Below, piece after piece: positions 57,701 to 64,000 of a stretch of 64,000 nucleotides of DNA (positions within the stretch are counted from its first letter, which is position 1; each line of letters opens with the position of its first letter). The notes beneath the pieces are model-generated. The model had not been told where the DNA came from, did no database searches, and saw nothing but the letters and a program-made list of their open reading frames with translations. Source of the DNA: Amoebophrya sp. A120 (lineage: Eukaryota > Protista > Dinoflagellata). A program made the position numbers and the translations under genes. The DNA is taken from NCBI GenBank assembly GCA_905178155.1, contig CAJINV010000004.1, forward strand, positions 11,624,177-11,688,176, in the 5' to 3' direction.

Positions 57701-58794
57701 CCTCCATTATACACCTCTTCTTGAAGACCTCGGTTCCCCGCAAATTCTGGTTCCGCGGGCGAAGCGGTTGCCGAGGCTGTGGCCGCCGACGCTGAGGAGG
57801 AGGAAACTGGCCCACGACAATATTGGAGGTTGCACAGATAATTCGCACCATCATGGCTCCTCATCGTCATCGCCCCGCTATTCTTCTCCGCGAAGTACTG
57901 CGTTTTCATCTCCCGCTCCTCCGCCTGCTCGTCCATGCGGTAAAATTGCTCTAACGCGCCCAAGAACGCCAGCGCACAGTCCGCCTGCGCCCCGGAACCC
58001 GTGCTCCCGCCGCCGATCGTCAGCGCGACCAGAATCGTGTACACCAGTACTCGCAAGTGGTCGAACGCCTCCGTGCTGTCGCTGCACCAGGTCCACCGTT
58101 CTTCGCGCGCGGAAGTGTTCATCTTCATGCGCGCCGGAATGGTCCACAGCGTCAGCAACTTCGTCAAGTCGAAGGCTTCCGGATGTTGGTCATTGTGGGC
58201 GGCGGGGAGGTTCTCCACCGACCTCTTACTTTCATCTTCCCTTCCCACCTTCCAATAGGCTTCTTGCAGGTGGTCGCCGACAAGCAAATACCACTTTTTC
58301 ATCAACATCGTGTCTGAAGAGGCCGCCGCCGTTCTGGAAGCGGACGGGTCAACTGCGGCATTCTTCTCGAGCTGCGGAATGATCGGAACACCAGTTGTGG
58401 TGCGTTTTAGCCTTTCTTGCACCTCCTCCTCCTCCTCTTCCGTCAGGTAGATTCTTGAGGTGGCTGTAAAGGAAGAATACTCCAGCAGCAGGTCCTCGAG
58501 AGTCAAAACCTTCCGCAAATTGTGGGACTTCCGTGCCGCGGGGTCGCCGGCTCGTAGTGCGAGGGTCGTCAGGCGGGAGAGAAGAGAATCGTCGGTGCTG
58601 GAGGAAAAGGTTCTTGCCGCCGTGCAGTTCTGTGACTGCTGCGGTTGCTGGCGCTGGAGGCAATTTGGTTCTTGCGAAGCAGGATGTTGAGTTGTAGAAA
58701 GATCTATTTTACTAGGAGGCAGCTGCGGCCTCGTCCGGGTGTCCCAATTGGGGCACGTGGAACTGCTGCTCGCACTGGTGCCGGTGAGAACCAT
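48712..58794 (-). CDS. Very large (~3360 aa) low-complexity, probably nuclear protein with AT-hook; intronless
   Basis: Single 10-kb ORF; KRGRGRPRK AT-hook, Lys-rich NLS-like and acidic tracts. Confidence 0.75.
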   Translation of the reverse strand: MVLTGTSASSSSTCPNWDTRTRPQLPPSKIDLSTTQHPASQEPNCLQRQQPQQSQNCTAARTFSSSTDDSLLSRLTTLALRAGDPAARKSHNLRKVLTLEDLLLEYSSFTATSRIYLTEEEEEEVQERLKRTTTGVPIIPQLEKNAAVDPSASRTAAASSDTMLMKKWYLLVGDHLQEAYWKVGREDESKRSVENLPAAHNDQHPEAFDLTKLLTLWTIPARMKMNTSAREERWTWCSDSTEAFDHLRVLVYTILVALTIGGGSTGSGAQADCALAFLGALEQFYRMDEQAEEREMKTQYFAEKNSGAMTMRSHDGANYLCNLQYCRGPVSSSSASAATASATASPAEPEFAGNRGLQEEVYNGGSAPSRQKPSPPSLPAPSISGSFGVQQVPANTPHVLQQQFENSIRQDSSMQLDRTGNLLPASSSQMLRKKPPLLAAHQGATSCTAAAASPAGLAATTRAVLPAPVVNYFGRSTTALESSTTSKHVAPPPPPFFSSSSPTVSFAVPGRNDEEQACAVDVAASEPRPPRRSATTNQSSVSLPPPTKRRKVPPISEAELVQRQLQKQKEEQAAKEAEERRARIRASLPAPFSPATAFLREYIMEKGQLLEDVVDDVVNNRDEHAVSEAPQALLAKDDNNVGLRQNLHKEVVVHNSTAVASRTPTPSASASKNCRAGTTPRSGRSTGRAAPAPGEGQNETPLNYDREPPEDPAFVLPQVDESPAAGALDVGSGRRCHSNSSSKGQNKTQLLARVEPAGVPAPPAAVHPEVVHQQPRQNDGASGPAHQSLLSRLMGDAAPPDSLDAGNNTSGILDESISPDSSPLMEFLQEEEASGSAREALLQARQEVEICSTPEGGELPQVLPSTCGEAPRPARDVALGVENNKPDEVLVPAAEDDHDEQDLHAPLCSSEQLLHGQPNRRRSLKTPEFGCFSPENLPSEINEIEEQHSAFEVPLVVVPPPEDERTHKDFKEAASERDVEMKEGARRASASPQRGREQRQRFLELQMQEEHHTTAVNDSIPHNSQSQSLLLEDEAIKESSVIEAFSPPVPVSDVELVDEQDQQRMKPRTALHGVYYPVDHVDEDKRSHDLHLHETSPRSRTKSASEQTHASSSHTTATTLRTYQDYGRGSNINQMSWQEQHEDVVSRPSPSNKSAKSNLTTAPQIAAAGCGGQDVEFSAAGGGELLHASYVADVEDVDEMNNYGQHTGGAFYHSPAFQNLPEVEVDINLRKNENKVTPMKPPTPLKPCKQGSNASTPLKPPTPEGRNRRSKSARSRRSKNKSADHAASRVSDAGVRKSNVQAPAHRASAAVPEVCGPEARTKTAADDKIMQHRSSSSRRSQVPKSAEKLLGAGEKATFAIDRQEVGIKQNTPKSAFSKTPPKAMSTARSVRESKMKNKSATSSTPQEQATSAGAALAAVPSASRSPTGGFRAAQNSSRTPTAAVPSKQKPCTPAPPAKEHLHSQAGVASLPASVVKKKQGENSSKQASTSSAADTRAPAKVLKTSLKPSEGVGTHEDPIVLSDSESDAAAAGLMRKKVEHDDGEHVNDTENARFHQAGRRRTNRVKKDLEDLEDEEKVLEDRAGYDHAEDEEEDRLGELPEPGNDEDDHDKNAAVLLEHQESKVPDSIAEGGPGNAENEDNKHGLPSINEQDVEDSPAEVAEYGEEHEQLQEELKLGDDSDLQEEPGVVVVEKEQVQVVDHDEQIQEEIHQANVEDHQSLDNFAAVDEKPDDEPSEIHDFNAVDDDDDFLNDEESSSAIQDLLLLPEPQNNRKDDDAVGGGQEEYEEHQEPKEESPPGEAAAAGAAIDVVNATTTTVPCSSDEDVFPKMSDRRVREEAGNETHQEGQGLHTNLLQHDVEEKELPFAETALEHQTDPTFQIPPAPPSSASSFVKRPGGGKAEEHASIAHHRRGPPPVPQVLQHANQEHQLIVQRETSEGASKADRAIAVFVPPKILTPELKEQMELLRFCGLTKETCNMVKPAFHKVVAVSRKSTTMIASSAFGPAAHQIAKPDSKLIKREFDQALRKLYPVFLKLQKSCPKELRVKTQTADGINAGALQPKRKTRKAAKAAKESAQEAAKGRPGKGKNKLKSSPVSKPLLEKVAKANKAKAKAKARAKEQSEESVQPVVVVKRGRGRPRKDGQTGRKTSSDKKEKLPGARGKKAVVLAKAKAKAAQEKAKKLSGKKKTVVSVKKASAKSKAAAKKMTAEKKSKSSDHAVDELQEDDSSEEQEDGSAYERPVGGVTKRYPVRGGIEGPKRGFEKDSPGRNRKFSTADVDELNDRQGQEDEEFELDSRLAGSDNVNFVLFFCPDLHYVGAGLNRVVYHWQGQKAEELAPISQLFAKNHDGGADLSTCAGPGTEQLHAEPTAAVQASSSLVLAPVLATIQENEDDNLHIDSKPRKGGKGRKSQIDAPPTSAKSAAISVRSAENVKYLNFDHKKHGLSLAAYQQNVTSGPLAADSRAFAQQLQAVGKKGGGVAGGFSTSSVHNNFVPFHSGATTSPAQQTLLPLENTAAPSGSTDNSGLVVPVDSTFSTLTTLFSETANCEPHYPLAAVLPLDGSIEVASIRETHVALSNDMILTACLVQETSEKIQSTSVDEAYDKEPPEHNEVATTTTATWKIVDVRSRSRWDTSTFDALRSYLQAHVKMVSGSGLGDDDDDVEMTDSLLLPASSRSTSTTGPSLLDTGAIMNLKSSFNKHLHQQITPATTVKTDKSAPYQITLSYFLPNAIDHGCFNCYLVTYTTKLQNSWQAARELHYDADNADTSGTNASTDAMLFSGAQDAMHEDLQVILEWIPQLLILASRILFENPKARVPFLPALREKIVFYAKGLANYQEQLWGHRRQVFTESTIQCRTLLGMRLLFEEAGFDVFEEQRKNAKEIEREEKRLQKELAEAEKLKKKRGRKKKTPVALATQADKNSPNEEDELSSPGSRTPSPNAPATKTKPLGRLLQRAYLDKMGKKTRTHLLDCLHCRKQFNVLGTKISTGDELKRLLNRPIQVAVKKPIKGIIQLDSLVTSGPQALLDHMEIITGTEDFCHDGTSANQAKASSSSSSSSSSSNFCDGQQEEILNQNNNALVLADQKQKFLRQTRTAKKLDENLSATFNWILYDDGEKRLLPDFELSKDLTAEVLDRDEEIDLINFETQEEEDDFLPQNLFCVDVRGFQAQTQAASENALLPKNPVDFFGKKEMAQRLFLNPDALDELIETDSDNKLQFLDTLVDNTKKAAKQFDQIFLDPLMSVEEKRHIEAIRDGRAVADFDVLADDNDIDGGMNDDEEVEEGFDLAALENEDEEDLEELDERRGGRGTKNKSAPAGTTTKAATMKQKNKKASAAVENKVKTKSKNDDKKGPNPKENKVKKK

Positions 58795-60076
58795 TTTTCT
58801 CGCTTTTGATCGATAAAATTTCAAGAGAACCACAACCAGAACCACATGTACATGTTCATAAAGAGCAAAGAAATCATAATCAGCGTCGTTTACTTCCTAG
58901 GCCGGAAACCTGCTCAACACGGGGGCCTACATGATTGGTATACACGACGAAGTAATAATCGCAAAAAAAAATTCATACGATACTCCTTCACAACGTTCTT
59001 AGTACTACAGCGTCAACATCAACAATCCTGTAGTTCCTTCTTGTTAAAAAAGACATATGCATCGCTTGGACAACTTTGCATCTCCTCCTAGTCGCGTCAG
59101 TTTTACGAACAATGATGATGCTGCTGCCTCACGATTCGCGCACCTACAGTCAATCTAGTCGGCGAAGCAACCAATGGATCTCAGGGTTCGGCTTTTGCTC
59201 AACTTGTTCTGCATGCGATGCTCGATAGTACAACGAACTGGTAGTTGAAGATCACAACTTCGTAAAATCCTCGACCGCTGCGCGAATGTGAAAAAATCAA
59301 GTGAGTTTGCAGGTCCATATTCGCTCAAAGAACGACAAGAAATGAAAATGCATCACTCGGAATCAGATTGTGCATCTTCATGAGAAAAAAATCACGCTTT
59401 TTGTGTTCGAGCGAAGCTGTGACTATGATAAAGAAAGGAACAGATTCATGACCGCAGGCGCCGCTCCTCGTTACTGCAAAACAACTGCCGAAGATGCAGA
59501 TGGCTGCTTCTGCTATGATGTTGCGCAACAACATCGTAATCAGATTTTATTTGAGCAGGCACCTAGCTGCAGGCACGGAATCAAGTTCAAAAGACAGGCG
59601 TCTTTGTTGCTCTTGAAGTATGCAGCGTAGCGCCGACAGGTTTCGTCTTGCCAACGAAAAAGTCTTCCTCTCTCGGGTCAATTTGTCAGACAATGCAATC
59701 GACTTTTCATTTTATTATCACTGCGAATAGGCTTTATTCTCAGATGAAAATGAGTAGTGCATATTAACAGTTTACTATACATAGTACATTTCAGAAAATC
59801 ATACACGGAAAAAATTCCGGTAGTGGCACCCTAAGAGTGGCAAAGAAGGTTGTTCACCAAAATGAATGTAAAAAAGGCATGATCAGGCTAGCCAGAAAGT
59901 CAAGGTAGAATTGGCACCCTCTGCAAGAATTACGTGTACAAGCAGTTCTTTCTTTTTTTATGCAGTTTTGCGAGGGTCAATTACTGTTGAATGTTGTTTA
60001 CCATCTAGGGAATCGTCTATCATCTGTCAAAACGGAAAGATCACTGCATATGCTCAAGCTGCGCGCTACCGATGAA

Positions 60077-63000
60077 TTATTGCATCTCTTCTTGATAGAT
60101 TTCCAGAATCCTGCAAAGTCTTTCGTCCAAGGCCTTCACCATTTTTTGCATTAAATCACAGGACTCCAGGTCATTTCTGCAGCTGGTGGTGCCCCCAGTC
60201 GTGGGCCCTAGGAGGAAGCTGCGGACGTGCGGATCCTTCAGAAGCCGATCACGTTGAAGTGGACCCACGTCCGAATTTGCAGTAGATGTCGTACATGCTC
60301 CAGCACCTCCACAACATTCATTGTCCTCGAGCACTTCTTCCAGCAAAAGCCTGCTGCCAGCATGGATTTGCTGCTGCCTTTTGGTTCTCGACCTCGACGT
60401 TTTGCTAGTAGTTTTTGTCGTCGGTACAGCACCAGTAGGTTCCCCTCGTGGGTTTTTGCGCCGCTCGACAGCACTGGAGGTCGCAGCAGCCGCCAAAACC
60501 GAGGATTGGTCTTCAAGAACGGGGGCTCGATCACCCTGGCTGGCGCTCACCGGGGCTGTCGAAGAAGAAGATGCTGCGCCCGGCGTGGCACCTCTACCCG
60601 TACCGGCCGTGTCGTGCAGCACCCCAGTTGATGTACTCGTCGAAGCTCTCGAGATGCATTTATTGCGTTTGTCCACCACCTTTTCCTCCGAGCGGTTGAG
60701 ACTTTTAATTTTCGGCGAAAAGAACCCTTTGCCCGGCACGTGCACAAAGTCATGTGCTTGTCCTCGGCCAGCCCGCAGCTGTTGAAAGAGCGCGCACGAG
60801 TCGTGCTCAAGCGGTCCTCTTGTTATCGGTGCGCCAGAGAGAGGATCTTCGCCGGTTGTCTTTGTGCCGGAAGAGGGCGCCGGCGTTGCAACAGTTGCTG
60901 GTTTTTGTCCTTGCTGATCTGGTATTTCCTGCTGCTGCTGCTCCTCTCGCGCTGCGCCGCGCATTTTTTCCTCGTCAAGAACTACGCAGGCACCTATGGC
61001 CTGGAGATCCGCTAAAGATTCCAACACTAGTCTCTCGAGCCGCTCCACGACTTGCCGAGACGGCTCGATCACATTTTTATTCGCACCTTCCCGGGCGTCA
61101 TCTCTTCGATGTCGAAGCAAGTTTTTGCGCCTTCGCTTCTCTCGCTTTCTTCGCAGTTCCGCCTCCGAATCGTTGCTATCAGTTCTGCAAGAGGATGTTG
61201 CGCAGTCATCGTTTCTACTCGAAAAAGATGAAGCTCCGAGGGTTCTTCTCCCGCGGCCCTCGTCCTCCTCCACCAGCCGCGTCCACTCCGGGTGGTGCCG
61301 CAGTGCCTCCTCGACCTCGCTGTCGCTCGTATAGGGATAGGAATTACCTGCGACAAGTTCTTCCTCTTCGTCATCTTTGTCCTGCTCAGATGATGCTCCT
61401 GCAGCGCGGCGTTCATGTTGACGTCGCAAAACATCATTATCATCTGTCTCCGGCGCTAGAACTATCCTTCGCACCTCCTGTGCTGCGTACCAGAGGCTGA
61501 CCGAAACCGCGGTGCTATCGTAAGGAAAAATCCCCCCTCCCCATATCAAAAAGCTACTTCTCAGAATAAAAATTGTAAGTAATGCTGATTTGTGACCACA
61601 AATCTTTTTGTCTTGCAAGAAGGCAATTCTACAGTCGCCGCCGCATTATACGGACGGTTTGTGATGCTATCTGGGCTAAAGCATAGATATTTGTGATGCT
61701 AAGCGTCCACGTCAGAAGCTCTGTACTCAGGCACGGCATATGCCTGCAGTCCTCTACTGCAAGACAGCTCTGATTTGTGTACGGAAATCCAGCATCAGAA
61801 ACATCGTTTTGATATGGGGAGGGGGGATTTTTCCTCTCAATAGGTGCCCGCGAGGGACAAGCACCAGGAGAACATCAGCAACACCACCGTCAAACTCCCC
61901 GCGATCGCGCGCCGGCGGTTGATATCAAATGCAAAAATGTCTGGGTCTGGAAACTTGTGATGCTGAGTGGCGTAGCATGAGGAGGCTACAAGTGCTGGCT
62001 CAACATGACAAATTTCTGAGCTTCTAGGTGTTGCCTATTCTGCATGACAAACTGCGTCTCCGCATGACAGAAAAATGCGGCTCTTGGGTAACGTGCATGA
62101 CAGATTGGGGTCGTGCCAGACAAGCATGACAAACATGCACTCTTCCAGACCCAGACATTTTTACATTTGATAGTTGAAGAGCATGAGAAAAATGTCCGCG
62201 TGCTTATCCACGTCATCTGGATTAGTAAAATGCTGCGCTTCGATCACCGCGAGGGTCTCGCGGCTGACAGTCCCATCGTCCAGCTTCCAAGCGTGGGCGG
62301 CGGCCCTCTGGATGAAGCGGAGTTGGCGGTGGAGCAGCCACCAATGAGCCATTCCCTCTGGGATGACGTCGGTTCCGGCGAAAAGCGCATAGGTGTCGTT
62401 CGGCAAGAGACGGAGTATTTCGACTAATTTTCTGGTGAAGAAAATTACCAAATCTGGATCTGGCAGCCTTTCCGAAAAGAACGGACTTTCCCACTTGTGG
62501 TCTTTGGAAACGGATTCCGCGCCGATAAACCAAATGTAGTGCGAAAGCAAACTCAAAATCCCGAGCCACCCGTAGCAGCCGCCGAGAAAGGTCGCTTGCC
62601 GGATCAAGACAGTTCGCAGCGAATCCCCCCGCGAGAGCGCCTCCCAGAGGTTGCGGTGTCGGGGCGGCATGACCGCGAGACCCACCGTGTTTGCGAAGCT
62701 TTCGAAGGCATTGGCGACAAACTCGCGAGTTTTTCTGGCGCAGTCGTTCTTGGGCTGGTTCAACTGTTGATTCGTGCGCGAATGAGGTTGCCGGTGTCCT
62801 TCCATTTCGGTTCCGTCATCGTCCTTTCTGCACTTGCTTAGAAGGTTGAGCATCTGCCAATCTTTCGCGAAGAGTGCTTTGTTCTCTTGCGTGTTCAATA
62901 GCTCAGACTGGGTTGTTTTGTATGCGATATGCAGTCTTTTTAGCAAATCCCGCTCGAACCTGGCAAGGAGCCACATCCTTTGTTTCTTTTCCTGATGCGT

Positions 63001-64000
63001 TGCATGCTGCTTGTTAGCTTCGAGCAAGTCGCGAATTTTCGATGGCAAGAGGTTCTGGTCTGCTGTATTTTCGCTACCTTGACTACGTTTGCCGTCACCC
63101 GTTTGCGTCTGCGCAGCAGCTCCTTTATCCTGGTGCAACAGCCGCTGCCCGAACTCTTTCACAAGGTCCTGGACGGATTTTGGCAGTGTTTTCAGTTCTC
63201 CCGTTTTGCATACCGGGGTAAGCAAGGCTGCAAGAACAAGATCGTCCACCGCTTCTGACTTCACACGGCGCAGCGTTTCGACGAGGAAAATGTCGAGCGT
63301 GAGCCACATGAGCGTTTTGAACAGCTTGCTGTGGCGAGTAAATACTGTGTCGAGCAATGTCCTTCTTGTGGCTTCGTCGTCCTCCTCCTCCTCGCCTGAG
63401 CCTTGGTGCTCATCATCTTCTCTCGCCTTCATGTTGCCTCCGTCGCTCGGCATCGGCACGCTACCGGCAACTCGCTCCACCAAACTGATATCATCGCGGT
63501 TGAACCAGCGCGAATTCTTCACCGCGGCTCGATAGGGCAAAAACCCCTCGAACAGAGATTTCAGCCAGACCGCGTCGAAGCTGACCTCAGAGAATGGCTG
63601 CGTGCAACGAACACACTGCTTCGCTTGCTCTGGGGTCACGGCCCCCTTCGTGATCCAGCTGTCCAGACACGCTGCGTGCAGCCGGTGTCCGCAATTCCAG
63701 AAGAACGCGCTGTCGGCTCTCGTCATGGAGTCGTGGCAAATGCAGCACGTATTTTCATCGGATGTTGATGAACTGGTCGCGTTTATCATCTTCCGCCCAT
63801 CGGAGGTACTATCCACATCGAGTCGCAAATTTTGCATCTTCTCACTGAGGAGTGCTTCGATCCCGAGGAACTTCCGCCTTCGCTCGCGGCGCCGGCGTTC
63901 GCGACAGGGCTCGAAGATCTGGCGCTCATCGGCGGGCCTGTGTCGGCGAGAGCTGCTTCTGGGGAAAAATCGACGTTTCACACCACTGAAAAAGGTCTTT
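60077..64000 (-). CDS. RING-H2 finger membrane protein (putative E3 ligase), possibly 5'-partial; 2 introner introns
   Basis: CCICHD...CGHRLHAACLDSW...CVRC; TM segments. Removing 61923-62172 and 61516-61842 (each +5 nt) joins ORFs 62161..63981 and 60077..61618 in frame. Confidence 0.8.
61516..61842. mobile_element. Introner family B
   Basis: TIRs; DR ggtgc. Confidence 0.9.
61923..62172. mobile_element. Introner family A (A2)
   Basis: TIRs; DR gttga. Confidence 0.9.

Noticed and set aside
622-62172. Recurrent short ORFs containing CKNVWVWK, LPDPDIF, FQTQTFL or WGGGIFP
   Set aside because: These are translations of introner TIRs, not a protein family.

Overview
Eukaryotic, gene-dense window in which all 10 protein-coding genes I can reconstruct lie on the minus strand. 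Six of them are interrupted by about 58 repeated 165-360 bp elements bounded by terminal inverted repeats (TAT...ATA) and 5-bp direct repeats. Removing an element plus one direct-repeat equivalent (5 nt) restored the reading frame at nearly every junction I traced by hand, although none has GT-AG ends. They therefore behave as non-canonical transposon-like introns (introner elements). Together with unidirectional gene order, this matches what has been described for the parasitic dinoflagellate Amoebophrya; the organism assignment is my inference. Genes: a TSP1/Cys-rich secreted protein, a ~2890-aa 30-exon membrane protein with a duplicated unknown domain, a signal-peptide kinase with a multi-TM tail, a GT92-like glycosyltransferase, a TauE-like transporter, an MpaB-like oxygenase, an intronless ~3360-aa AT-hook protein, a RING-H2 membrane protein and two hypothetical proteins. 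Three canonical GT-AG introns coexist with the introners. Five 0.7-1.1 kb non-coding inserts with target duplications (5-70 bp) are present; four lie in or at introners. No autonomous transposase was seen. All coordinates were read by hand and may be off by a base or two.
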